Assembly: GCA_041736175.1 (NCBI GenBank)
Contig: JBGSUI010000217.1
Location: 1-64,000, forward strand
DNA: 64,000 bases
Reading direction: 5' to 3'
Source: Oligoflexales bacterium
GTDB lineage: Bacteria > Bdellovibrionota_B > Oligoflexia > Oligoflexales > CAIYRB01
Shown: positions 19,561-29,265 of the stretch, piece after piece
Numbering within the stretch: the stretch's first letter is position 1
Layout of the letters: each line of letters starts with the position of its first letter
Position numbers and translations under genes: made by a program
The notes under the pieces: generated by a model
The model's database searches: none
Seen by the model: only the letters and a program-made list of their open reading frames with translations
Told to the model about the DNA's origin: nothing

Positions 19561-21234
19561 TTGGTCCCTCATCCTGATAGTCCTATCAAATGTCTACTGA
19601 TTCAGGCTGAATTTGTAGAATTTAGTTTTTGGAACTATAAAGATGCCTGTGAACTGATCGGTGCCAAAACTCCCTCTCCTCCTTTAGGATTGATCACCGT
19701 CGCTGCTATTTTACCCCAACATTGGAGCTTTAGGCTTTTAGATCTCAATACCAAAGAGTTTGATAGAAAACTTTGGGATTGGGCTGACATCATCTGTGTG
19801 GGGGGGATGCTGCCCCAACAAAAAAACATTTTGAAGCTTATTGAGCTGGCAAATATCGATCATAAATTTATTGCCGTAGGTGGTCCCGATCCCTCAAGCC
19901 AGCCGGAACTCTACCAACATGCAGACGTGGTGGTCGTTGGCGAAGGGGAGTCCGCGATCCCCATTTGGCTCGAAAGCTGGAAGGCTGGCCAACCAAGGGG
20001 TCTCTTTAGGGAAAAGGAAAAACCCGACGTCACCTTATCGCCTTGCCCTCGCTATGATCTGCTTAATCTTGCCGATTATGCCCAGATCGGAGTTCAATAC
20101 TCTCGGGGTTGTCCCTTTAACTGCGAATTCTGCGATATTATCGAACTCTATGGAAGGAAGCCGAGGACTAAAAGCCCAGAGCAGATTCTCAAGGAACTCA
20201 CAGCTATTAAAAAGCTCGGTTACTCTGGGTCCGTCGATATCGTAGACGACAACTTTATCGGCAACAAAAGAAGCGTCAAGAGAGACCTTCTGCCGGCTCT
20301 AATTCAATGGAATAAGGAGAATAAATATCCATTTTTTTATGCTACCGAAGCCTCGATGAATCTCGGCGATGATGACGCTCTGCTCCAACAAATGCAAGAA
20401 GCCGAGTTTCGGATTGTATTTATGGGGATCGAGACTCCTGATTATAAACTCCTGATGATGACCCAAAAAAGCCAGAATACAGTCAAACCAATCGAAGACA
20501 GAGTCCACAAAATCTACGAATACGGTATGGTTGTCACCGCGGGATTTATACTGGGATTTGACGGCGAAAAATCCGGTATGGACCAATCGATGATCCTTTT
20601 GATCGAAAAACTCAAGATCAACATGGCTATGGTGGGACTGCTGGTGGCTCTTCCCAAGACCCAGCTTTCCAGACGACTGATTCGAGAAGATCGATTGCTG
20701 TCTTTTAGCGGCGCGAGAGTACGCAGTGAAGATGAACTCAGAAACAGCGCAAAGGTATCTCTAGCAAATGTGGCCATCGTCGACCAAACCGTAGCAGGAC
20801 TTAACTTTGTAACAACCCGCAATAGATTTGAGATTTTTGAAGAATACGCAAATGTGATTGAAAATATTTATTCTCCCAAAAGCTATTTCGACAGGCTCAT
20901 GCGATTGTTACCCCTCCTAAAAACAAAAAGCAAACATAAGCCCAATTTTTTCGAAACCAAAAGAATGCTGCTAGGCTTCTACCGCGCTGCAAAAATCACC
21001 CGAAATATCCCCTCGCTCCGCTGGCGGTTTTGGCAGATCTTTCTGCGTTCTCTGCCATACGGACCTCCAGTCACGGAACAGGTCATGAGGCTGGTAGGAA
21101 TCTATATCCATTTCCAAAATCAAGTCGAATATGTGAAAAAGACCGTAGGCGCGCAGAGCAAAAAACAACAAAACAACATGCCTAAGGATCTCCACCAGTG
21201 GGAAAAGCCCTCGCCACAGACCAAGGCCTCCTAG
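19561..21234 (+). CDS. cobalamin-binding radical SAM protein (HpnP/DUF4070-like)
   Basis: PPLGLITVAA...VGGP B12-binding domain, RGCPFNCEFC, DDNF, GIET, GFILGFD. Confidence 0.88.
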   Translation: MVPHPDSPIKCLLIQAEFVEFSFWNYKDACELIGAKTPSPPLGLITVAAILPQHWSFRLLDLNTKEFDRKLWDWADIICVGGMLPQQKNILKLIELANIDHKFIAVGGPDPSSQPELYQHADVVVVGEGESAIPIWLESWKAGQPRGLFREKEKPDVTLSPCPRYDLLNLADYAQIGVQYSRGCPFNCEFCDIIELYGRKPRTKSPEQILKELTAIKKLGYSGSVDIVDDNFIGNKRSVKRDLLPALIQWNKENKYPFFYATEASMNLGDDDALLQQMQEAEFRIVFMGIETPDYKLLMMTQKSQNTVKPIEDRVHKIYEYGMVVTAGFILGFDGEKSGMDQSMILLIEKLKINMAMVGLLVALPKTQLSRRLIREDRLLSFSGARVRSEDELRNSAKVSLANVAIVDQTVAGLNFVTTRNRFEIFEEYANVIENIYSPKSYFDRLMRLLPLLKTKSKHKPNFFETKRMLLGFYRAAKITRNIPSLRWRFWQIFLRSLPYGPPVTEQVMRLVGIYIHFQNQVEYVKKTVGAQSKKQQNNMPKDLHQWEKPSPQTKAS

Positions 21235-21247
21235 CGGTGCGCGGAAC

Positions 21248-21796
21248 TTAACTAGCAACATTTCGGGAATTTTTAGTAGATGGTTTGTCGATATTTGTCG
21301 ATTTTTTGAAAATTCCCCATTGTGCCATAAGAGCGATTCTCTTGACCAAGATGGGTTTGAGCGGCGACAAGTCTTTGCTAAAATCCACAAGGTTACTATG
21401 GGAGCTAGTTCGCTTTTGGTTGAGTCCAAGGAATTCCAGAAAAAAACAAAGCCAATCCCATTTTGGGGCTGGAGAAGTTAAAAAAGCGACTCCATTTTCG
21501 GAAAGAAGCGCATTGATCTCAGCACTGCAATCGACGTGTTCAATAACCTCAAAGGCAACAACTACGTCATAGGTCCCATCCACAAGACCCAGCATTTTGT
21601 AGTTTTTGATATCTCCTACATAATCAGCAGGACCAACGAGATCAATGGTTTCATAATGCCTAAATCCATGAGATTTTAGATATTCGCCTACCCAACCGTC
21701 TTTGCTACCGATCTCTAGAATTCTTGAATTTTTCGGCAGATTTTTCAAAAAGAACGCAATTTTCTTTGACCTTGCTGCTTCGCTTAAAATTGGCAT
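21248..21796 (-). CDS. class I SAM-dependent methyltransferase
   Basis: ILEIGSKDG, YDVVVAFEVIEH, LL..NG....TSP. Confidence 0.8.
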   Translation of the reverse strand: MPILSEAARSKKIAFFLKNLPKNSRILEIGSKDGWVGEYLKSHGFRHYETIDLVGPADYVGDIKNYKMLGLVDGTYDVVVAFEVIEHVDCSAEINALLSENGVAFLTSPAPKWDWLCFFLEFLGLNQKRTSSHSNLVDFSKDLSPLKPILVKRIALMAQWGIFKKSTNIDKPSTKNSRNVAS

Positions 21797-22036
21797 AATA
21801 ATCTCCCTTTTGAGCTTAATATTTGAATGCTTAATTCTTAAGCTGCAAAAGATGAGCCATAAATCCTGGTGATCTATGCCTTGAACCTGACGAATTTTTG
21901 ATTGAAATTATTGTGGATTTTCGAGTATCAATCTGTAAGTCCCACTCAAAATGCGAGGGATTACCCAATGATCGAAAAGTTTATACATTTATGCGCTAAA
22001 AATTTGATCAAAAATGGTTCATGGCGTAAAATTTTC

Positions 22037-22783
22037 CTAATTTTTAAGAGCCACGCTCGTCAAGACCCATTTTCGTACATCATCATGAACAAATGTAAAA
22101 TATCCTTTCATTCGAGTCCCCTTTGGGGTTAGGGGGCTCACATCGTCTAAAAGAATCGCTTCGATCTCCGACCTTTCGGGGTCTATGGAAACTATTTCAG
22201 CCTTGTGAAAGTAAAAAAAGACTCTACCAATGGGGTATAAACATTTAAAAATCGATTCCTTAAAACTAAAAGCCAAGGCAAGACAGGTTTTTCGGGTTAT
22301 TTCTGGCCAAATTCGTCCAATCTTTTCAAAGAGAGCCACTTCTACGGATTGAACAATTTTATCTTCTAAGCCTAAATGGACTTTAGCTAAATCCTCTAGG
22401 TCGATCCCTAAACTTCTATAAGTTCGGTCAGCTTCAAAAGAGCACCCAATCAAACCCTCCTTGTGGGTCAAAGATCCCGTGTGATCTGCTGGCCACAGTA
22501 TAAACCCTCTGGGATCATTGATGATTTCTTGTGATTGCTTGGACAATAAATGTATAAGAAACCGGGACCTTAAATACTCTGCTTGCCTAGATTTAGATTT
22601 CATGGATAAAGATCGTGTAAACTCATGGGTATGGATAATCTTTGTGAGCTGTTCGTCAGAAATGGATACATTTGAAGGGAGAAGCGTGACCCTTAAAGCC
22701 CCACACTGGATCGTTTTAACTCCCTCATGGTCTACTTCGCCTGCTTGTTTGAGGTTGTCGATCAAATGGCTTTTCGTTTCCAT
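22037..22783 (-). CDS. 4'-phosphopantetheinyl transferase (EntD/Sfp-like)
   Basis: RQAEY..R, WP...GSLTH, LGIDLE, FSFKESIFK; ATG at 22783 has a GAGGAG RBS. Confidence 0.88.
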   Translation of the reverse strand: METKSHLIDNLKQAGEVDHEGVKTIQCGALRVTLLPSNVSISDEQLTKIIHTHEFTRSLSMKSKSRQAEYLRSRFLIHLLSKQSQEIINDPRGFILWPADHTGSLTHKEGLIGCSFEADRTYRSLGIDLEDLAKVHLGLEDKIVQSVEVALFEKIGRIWPEITRKTCLALAFSFKESIFKCLYPIGRVFFYFHKAEIVSIDPERSEIEAILLDDVSPLTPKGTRMKGYFTFVHDDVRKWVLTSVALKN

Positions 22784-24086
22784 ATTTACACTCCTCACGG
22801 GGCTCACCATTCTAATGAGCTTACATCCTGTCTATGGACAAACGGCCCAATCGGCACAAAAACCCAAAATAAAGAAAAAAAAGAAAACATCTTCTGGCCT
22901 TAAGAAATCGATCCCCCATTCGAGCGAACTCAAGGAACCCGCATCGCCCATACCCAAGCCCGAACAGACCCGCATAGAGCCCTATTTAACCTACAGATTA
23001 TCAGCCCTAAAACCCAGAAAAGAATCAGTTTACCATAAGAAGGACCATGTTGATCAGGCTGATCAAATCTATTTGACCCTGAAATTTGTCAGAGTTTACG
23101 ACTATAGACATGAGATAGGGATCGAACCCAGTCTCAGAACCTACAGGAACAATCCGGCCAATTGGGAACCTCCCATCGTTGAACAAGCCTATATTGAGAG
23201 CGCTATCTCCAAGAGCCTTTCTTTTACGGTCGGAAAAAAGCTTGAGTATGAGGGGTCAGGATTTATGGTCAACCCCTCCGACCTCCTCAACGAAAATAAA
23301 GATGTGTTTGACTCCCTCTACCAAAAAGAGGGGGTTGTCTTTAGCCGTATCCGCCACCAATCAGATTGGGGGACCTTTTCTCTTGGATATATCCCCAAAA
23401 GAAGTCAGGCTGTCAGTAGTGGCAAAGCTTGGTTTGCTGCAAATTTAGAAGCCTATGAGATTGACATCAGATCACAAGTTACCGTTCAAGAATCCGACAA
23501 AACCACGGTCGGCCTTTCCATGGCTCGATTTTTCGGGGACCATTTTGAACTCCATACCGATAGTCGGTATCAAAGGCGCCAACGAAAAATCGCCGAGCTG
23601 GATTTTATGGAATACTCGCCCTATGTTGGTCCCAATCTGGAAAGCCAAGATGACGACTTACCGAGCCTGTTTTATGTGGTAGGTTCCCGCTATGTTCTTC
23701 CCCCCCGTCGGACACTGGTTTTTGAGTATATCAGCAACGAATCTGGGTTGCTTCCCATCGATTTCAAACGCCGCAATGAAAATCTACGGACCGAAACCTT
23801 AGACAATGGACGTGTCAAAGAGCCGCCAACCCGTCTCCTAGGGCGGCATTTTGGATTTTTTAGCTACCAAGACGACGATACTCTCAGCCAAACACACCTT
23901 GCAGCCACGGTCCTCGTCAATACAGATGATCAGAGTATTTATGGAACCCTTGGAGCCAAGTACACACTTTCACCCATCACGAGCGTGGAATTAGCTCCCA
24001 ATTTTTTTATGGGACGCAAAGACTCAGAGTTTGGAGAAATGCCATTTTTTAATGCCTACTACCTTATTTTTAGAGGTCGATTCTAG
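22755..24086 (+). CDS. probable outer-membrane beta-barrel protein
   Basis: Signal-peptide-like segment from TTG 22755 (alternative ATG 22815), EQAYIE, GKK...GSG..NPSD, alternating beta-strands, C-terminal aromatic F. Confidence 0.65.
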   Translation: MSIKWLFVSIFTLLTGLTILMSLHPVYGQTAQSAQKPKIKKKKKTSSGLKKSIPHSSELKEPASPIPKPEQTRIEPYLTYRLSALKPRKESVYHKKDHVDQADQIYLTLKFVRVYDYRHEIGIEPSLRTYRNNPANWEPPIVEQAYIESAISKSLSFTVGKKLEYEGSGFMVNPSDLLNENKDVFDSLYQKEGVVFSRIRHQSDWGTFSLGYIPKRSQAVSSGKAWFAANLEAYEIDIRSQVTVQESDKTTVGLSMARFFGDHFELHTDSRYQRRQRKIAELDFMEYSPYVGPNLESQDDDLPSLFYVVGSRYVLPPRRTLVFEYISNESGLLPIDFKRRNENLRTETLDNGRVKEPPTRLLGRHFGFFSYQDDDTLSQTHLAATVLVNTDDQSIYGTLGAKYTLSPITSVELAPNFFMGRKDSEFGEMPFFNAYYLIFRGRF

Positions 24087-24092
24087 AAGATA

Positions 24093-25046
24093 TTATTTTC
24101 CAATAAGGTCTTTAGCTTTGGATGCCGTTTTAGCGTTTGTGAATCCGTTTTTTTGTTCGGTCGTCAAATTATTCATAGCTCGGTCATAATAGCTTTGGCC
24201 TTGTCCACTGGCATGCTTGTAAATCTGGTCTGAAATGGAAATCAACGAAGTCTTTCCTGGATAGCTATCAGAAGCAAAGACGATTTGAAGACTGTGCATT
24301 TCTTCCATGGTTTCTATGGTCGGACCAACTTTTACGGTCGACGCCACCCAGGCTTTGCCGGCCTTTAGAGTTGAAAATGTTGTTTTAGCATTGTATTTAA
24401 CCAGCCCTCCTTCACCGCTATTATTCTCATAGAGGTACGAAGAGGACTCTGCATTGGCGACTACATTATTCATTTTTGCGTTTGGATCATTGAGATAATT
24501 TGCACGAAAAACCGGCGGATTTATAAACTGCAACTTTAAGAGATTCCAATAATCCTCCGGAAGAGCTTCGTAGACTCCGCCGCTTAATATCGCAAAACTA
24601 GTTTGTACGTCACCTAGTTTTTTATTGAGTTCAAAAAGCTTTCGGTCTCCTCCCGTATAGACTTTGTCTTTACCTAAAAGAGTGTCTAGGAAGCCATCGT
24701 CGCATAGAATCTTAACCTGGGGATTAAATTCTGAAAGCGTTGAGTTTTTTTTCAGTCCATCGGCGCAGATCTCAAAAACTTTTGGAGATTGACTGTTTTC
24801 ACCAGCCGTCACCTCGGTCACTGACCCAGGCTTCTTTTCTTTATTTGGTGATTTATTTCCGCCATTCGATACCTCAGGATCTTCAGGATTCTCAGCACCA
24901 ATATCGGTTTTTGTCCCTGAACTTTTTGTATAATTTTGTTGGTCAATAGAGTCTTTCTCGTTGCAACCAAAAACGAAATAAACTCCCAACAAAAAAAAGA
25001 ATCTAAATTCATACTTATTGAAATGGCGTTTTTCTATCGATCTCAT
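24093..25046 (-). CDS. lipoprotein, possible START/SRPBCC-like lipid-binding domain
   Basis: Lipobox FVFGC, disordered linker, Cys pair, VYEALPEDYWNLL segment. Confidence 0.55.
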   Translation of the reverse strand: MRSIEKRHFNKYEFRFFFLLGVYFVFGCNEKDSIDQQNYTKSSGTKTDIGAENPEDPEVSNGGNKSPNKEKKPGSVTEVTAGENSQSPKVFEICADGLKKNSTLSEFNPQVKILCDDGFLDTLLGKDKVYTGGDRKLFELNKKLGDVQTSFAILSGGVYEALPEDYWNLLKLQFINPPVFRANYLNDPNAKMNNVVANAESSSYLYENNSGEGGLVKYNAKTTFSTLKAGKAWVASTVKVGPTIETMEEMHSLQIVFASDSYPGKTSLISISDQIYKHASGQGQSYYDRAMNNLTTEQKNGFTNAKTASKAKDLIGK

Positions 25047-25298
25047 TTTAGCTCCTCCCCATTCGATATCATTGAACCTATTGCACTCATCGGATGAATT
25101 TATGAATTCATTGAGTTTAAATTAACAAGACATAAAAAAATCTCTGTCGAGAATATTTCGAATCAGGAATAATTTGTTAACTACGTGCAAAATAAAGTAT
25201 TTAAGCTCAATATTTTATGTATTTGAGTCTAAGCCGGAAGACTCCGATGAGGAAAATGTAGGAAAGGTTTCAACGTAGCAGCGACAGGAGCATAACCA

Positions 25299-26393
25299 TT
25301 GAAAACATTACCTAGGCAACATTTTCAATCGATAGGTTACAAGGCATTAAGCTTTGTGTGTCTCCTGCTTCCTTTTAGCTCTCCTGCTTGCACCTCTGAT
25401 CCAGAGATTAAAAACACTGTTAGCTCCAGTCAGACCTTTTCAAACACTGATACTCAAGGGGAAAATAACCAGGCAACCGATAAAACCGTTGTCGAGCAGA
25501 CGAGTGGGACCAATAAGGCTGAGGCCAGCCCTATCTCCACCTCTCGAAACCAAGAATGGGATGCCGCCACACGGCCTAAGACGGCAGAAGAATCTGCCGC
25601 AGCCGACAAAAAAAATCTGGAGGTTATCGAAGCTGGCTTATCCAGTGGCGACTCTCAGGGCGCTGCCCTAAAATACCCGACTCTCTATTATTCAGGGGTG
25701 GGAACGTACTCCTGTGAAGGCGACATAAATCCGGGCAATAACAAAGTCATTTCCCAATTATCGCCCACAAATCTTGAGTCGAAACTCGTGGACGCTAAGG
25801 CATTACACCCAAGGTCTACGGTACAAAGTCGGATCAACAGCGAACTCGCAAACAGCCTAGACTCAGCCGTCTACAAACGACTTTCCGCTACAGAACGGGA
25901 AAATCTTAAAAAAGAGGGGTTTGATTTAGCTGATAGCTTTGCCCTTTTTGCCACCGGTATCGAAAAACCCAACGCCGGTCAAATTTTTAATTTCGATAAA
26001 CCCCTACCAATGGGCTTTTGGCCCGCTGCAGCGTCCCGCTACGATGAGCTTATGAAAGGCGAACGGTCGTGGACGGCCAAAGTCACTGGTACCAAAAGTT
26101 TTACGGCAAAAATTACTTTGTCCTACCAATCCACTCAAGGCGACAAGGTCATCTTAAAACTGACCACTTTTATTCCAGAAGACAATGATCGATCCATTTA
26201 TGAGATCTTTCCAATTCCTCGGGAGGCCGTTTATACGGTCAATACATCGCTGTTGCTTATAGAATCGAGCAAAAATACTAATTGGTTTTTAGGTGATAAT
26301 TGTGATGATCGGCCAGAGCAGATTATGATGACCTACCGGCTTTGCCAAAAGGTGACTGGAGCAAAAACCGAGACTTATCCCTGCGATCCATGA
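25299..26393 (+). CDS. putative lipoprotein of unknown function
   Basis: Hydrophobic signal ending SSPAC, S/T-rich linker, several Cys; AGGAG RBS. Confidence 0.6.
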   Translation: MKTLPRQHFQSIGYKALSFVCLLLPFSSPACTSDPEIKNTVSSSQTFSNTDTQGENNQATDKTVVEQTSGTNKAEASPISTSRNQEWDAATRPKTAEESAAADKKNLEVIEAGLSSGDSQGAALKYPTLYYSGVGTYSCEGDINPGNNKVISQLSPTNLESKLVDAKALHPRSTVQSRINSELANSLDSAVYKRLSATERENLKKEGFDLADSFALFATGIEKPNAGQIFNFDKPLPMGFWPAAASRYDELMKGERSWTAKVTGTKSFTAKITLSYQSTQGDKVILKLTTFIPEDNDRSIYEIFPIPREAVYTVNTSLLLIESSKNTNWFLGDNCDDRPEQIMMTYRLCQKVTGAKTETYPCDP

Positions 26394-26509
26394 CCAGCGG
26401 GATTGCTAAAAAAGCAAAAATTTGGCCTGTCCTAATGAGGATAGGGTACAATGAGAGAGGAAACCTCAACCTTATTCCCAATCTCTTCAATACGGACTGT
26501 TAGGTATTC

Positions 26510-27757
26510 ATGTCACTCTTTGTCATCAACTATGCTTTTCGTAATCTATTTCGTCACAAAAGAAGAAGCTTTCTGACTGTGGGAACCGTTAGTTTGTCAA
26601 CATTGGTGACCATAGTTGGATTTCAATATGCTGATGCAGTCCTCAATGTATGGAAGCAGGGCGCAATCGACCATGGTGCGGGTCATGCTCAAATTCATAA
26701 AAACGAGTATTACCTTCAGCCCGACGTCATGAGCCCCGCAACGCTTATGAACGATAAAAATCCACTCTTAGATCTTATCTCACAAGATAAAGAAGTCCTT
26801 GCCACTGCAAAGAGACTTATTTTTGAAGGAATCATTTCCTTTGGTAAAAAGACCATGTACTTTCAGGGCCGAGGAATCGATATTGAAAGGGAAACCCAAG
26901 TGAGCCCTGGGTTATTGGGTCAGGAGCTTACCAGTGGCCAGTTTATTGAGAATCCACAAGCTTATGAAGTTACCATTGGCAAAGGATTGGCCGAAGCATT
27001 AGAGGTCAAAGTAGGAGATGAGGTGACTCTTATGACCAATACGCTTAGTGGAGCTGTTAATGGAATCGATGTTTTAGTCACTGGAATTATCGATTTTCCA
27101 GTTCCTGCTGTCTCAAAACGGCTCCTTTATATGGGAATCCAAGCCGCACAAAAAGCTTTAGCGGCTGAAAACACCTATACTGAAGTCGCCGTTAGGCTTA
27201 AGACTGGTGTGGACGCCGTACGCTGGTTGGATGAACTAAAACTTAAGGATCAGGTTAAGGAGTTCCAAACGCTATTTGACATCCGAGGTTGGTGGGAAGT
27301 AGAACCCATGATTAGAAAGGTCGAAGAAATCTGGCATTCAGTCATGGGAATCATCATTTTTTTGCTCTTTTCCACTGCTGGTTTGTCTGTCCTCAATATT
27401 ATTTATCTGTTGGTTGCTGAACGTATCATCGAGATTGGAACTCTTTTAAGCCTAGGCGCTCGTTCGAAAGTTGTCCTACGTTTATTTTCGACAGAAGCAA
27501 TGCTTATAGGTGTCGTAGGTTCTTTATTTGGTGCATTTATTGCAAATGGCGTCTTGTTTGCACTCAGTCTCATCGGAGTACCTTTTGCCTCACCATTTGG
27601 AGGAGGAAACTTAATCATCTTTCCATCCCCAAACTTTATCTTTTCACTTTCAGTTGTTGTTTTTGGAGTATTTATTTGTTTTTGTGCTTCCATTTTTCCT
27701 TCCATAAAGGCCTCCAAAGTCCCACCCATTGTCGCTTTTAGAGGACAACTCACATGA
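26510..27757 (+). CDS. ABC transporter permease (LolE/FtsX/MacB-type)
   Basis: AFRNLFRHKRRS, IGKGLAEAL.VKVGD, ERIIEIGTLLSLG, 4 TMs. Confidence 0.9.
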   Translation: MSLFVINYAFRNLFRHKRRSFLTVGTVSLSTLVTIVGFQYADAVLNVWKQGAIDHGAGHAQIHKNEYYLQPDVMSPATLMNDKNPLLDLISQDKEVLATAKRLIFEGIISFGKKTMYFQGRGIDIERETQVSPGLLGQELTSGQFIENPQAYEVTIGKGLAEALEVKVGDEVTLMTNTLSGAVNGIDVLVTGIIDFPVPAVSKRLLYMGIQAAQKALAAENTYTEVAVRLKTGVDAVRWLDELKLKDQVKEFQTLFDIRGWWEVEPMIRKVEEIWHSVMGIIIFLLFSTAGLSVLNIIYLLVAERIIEIGTLLSLGARSKVVLRLFSTEAMLIGVVGSLFGAFIANGVLFALSLIGVPFASPFGGGNLIIFPSPNFIFSLSVVVFGVFICFCASIFPSIKASKVPPIVAFRGQLT

Positions 27758-28518
27758 AATCAAAACTATGTAGTTGTATATCTGTAGCTATGATATCTGT
27801 CTTTTTAGCTTCGGAGATGTCCTTTGGACAAGGGTGGACTAAGGAAATGTCCAAAACCGTCCTTAAAAATGCCGAGGAGATTCGGTCCTTGGAAAAAGCA
27901 GAGGTTACGGTCGACCTCAAAACCATCGAGGGAAAAAAAACGACCATATATGACTTAAAAATTCTACGTTCGACTGGAGACCGTGCTTACTTAGAGTTTG
28001 TAGGTCCAGCGGAAGAAAAGGGCAGGAAAATGCTGGCTAAGGGCCGAAGTTATTGGTCAACGTTTCCAGATTCAAAGAGAATTGTTGCCATAAGCAGAAA
28101 GGAAATGATTGGCAATAGCGCCTTCGCTCTTGCGGATATTTTTCAGTTAGATTCAGAAAAAGATTATGACCCTGAAATTGTCGGCGAAGAGACCATGGAT
28201 CAGGTCAAAGTTTTAAAACTGTCTTTAAAATCTAAGCACCCAGATACACCTTATGCAAGCATCCTCTATTGGGTCGAAAAGGATGGATATTTTCCATATA
28301 GAGCCCAATTTTATGGGATTTCGGGAAAACATCTAAAAACCATGACCATTGATACCCGTAAACAAATAGCCGGCCGATTGCGTCCTGAAGTAACCAAAAT
28401 GGTAGATGAAATCGCCAGGGGTCATGTATCGTGGTGGAAGACAAAGACCATGAATGCTGCCGATGTTCCTGACCATGTTTTTTTAAAGGAATATCTTAAG
28501 TCAAATAGTTCCCTTTAG
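27754..28518 (+). CDS. outer-membrane lipoprotein-sorting (LolA-like) periplasmic protein
   Basis: Signal peptide; F..PAEEKG.KML, W..FP..KR, GNSAF...DI, Y..I.YWV; overlaps the permease stop. Confidence 0.82.
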   Translation: MKSKLCSCISVAMISVFLASEMSFGQGWTKEMSKTVLKNAEEIRSLEKAEVTVDLKTIEGKKTTIYDLKILRSTGDRAYLEFVGPAEEKGRKMLAKGRSYWSTFPDSKRIVAISRKEMIGNSAFALADIFQLDSEKDYDPEIVGEETMDQVKVLKLSLKSKHPDTPYASILYWVEKDGYFPYRAQFYGISGKHLKTMTIDTRKQIAGRLRPEVTKMVDEIARGHVSWWKTKTMNAADVPDHVFLKEYLKSNSSL

Positions 28519-28526
28519 GTTTTGGG

Positions 28527-29240
28527 CTACGAAATCGATGCAACAAGTGAAATTTGGTTAGCGTCACTGATCACGCGCCCATCACTAAGGTTGATGCAGC
28601 GATAACAGTAGGTCAAAACATGATGATCGTGGGTCGCCACGACGACCGTAGTGCGCTCTGATGCACAGAGTTCCTTGAGAATTGTCAAGACCGTATTAGC
28701 GGTCCCACGATCAAGGTTCGCAGTAGGCTCGTCAGCTAAAATAATAGGCGGTTTGTTCATAAGAGCTCTTGCAATAGCGACTCTTTGCATCTGACCACCT
28801 GACAATTTGTTGACGCTTTGGTTGATCTGCTGACCTAATCCCACTCTTTCTAAGAGACTCTTTGCTCTTTCCTTAAGCTGTCGGGTGTCTTTTTCGGGAC
28901 TAAAATGAGCTGGTAGTATGACATTTTCGATGGTCGTCAAGACCGGTATAAGGTTAAAGGTCTGAAAAATAAATCCTACTGTTTGACTTCGAAACTCTGC
29001 CTGCTGATCCCGACTTAACCTCGCAACGGGTATATTATTGACTAAGATCTCTCCTTGGGTTGGAGTATCCAAGGCCCCAATGAGATTTAAGATTGTAGAT
29101 TTTCCAGATCCAGAAGGCCCCATGAGTGCGACGATTCCACCTCTGGCTATGGAAAAGTTGACCTCATGTAAGGCCGTCACCATAGAGTCCCCGAGGCGGT
29201 AATTTTTACTGATATTTCTTAATTGAATCAAATCGTGCAT
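28527..29240 (-). CDS. ABC transporter ATP-binding protein (LolD-like)
   Basis: GPSGSGKS, GFIFQTFNL, LSGGQMQR, ADEPTANLD, ATHD. Confidence 0.92.
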   Translation of the reverse strand: MHDLIQLRNISKNYRLGDSMVTALHEVNFSIARGGIVALMGPSGSGKSTILNLIGALDTPTQGEILVNNIPVARLSRDQQAEFRSQTVGFIFQTFNLIPVLTTIENVILPAHFSPEKDTRQLKERAKSLLERVGLGQQINQSVNKLSGGQMQRVAIARALMNKPPIILADEPTANLDRGTANTVLTILKELCASERTTVVVATHDHHVLTYCYRCINLSDGRVISDANQISLVASIS

Positions 29241-29265
29241 CGAATGACCACCTATCAAAATTGTT

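Noticed and set aside
22518..22748. N-terminal extension of the 522-aa ORF
   Set aside because: It is antisense to the PPTase coding region and lies before the signal peptide.
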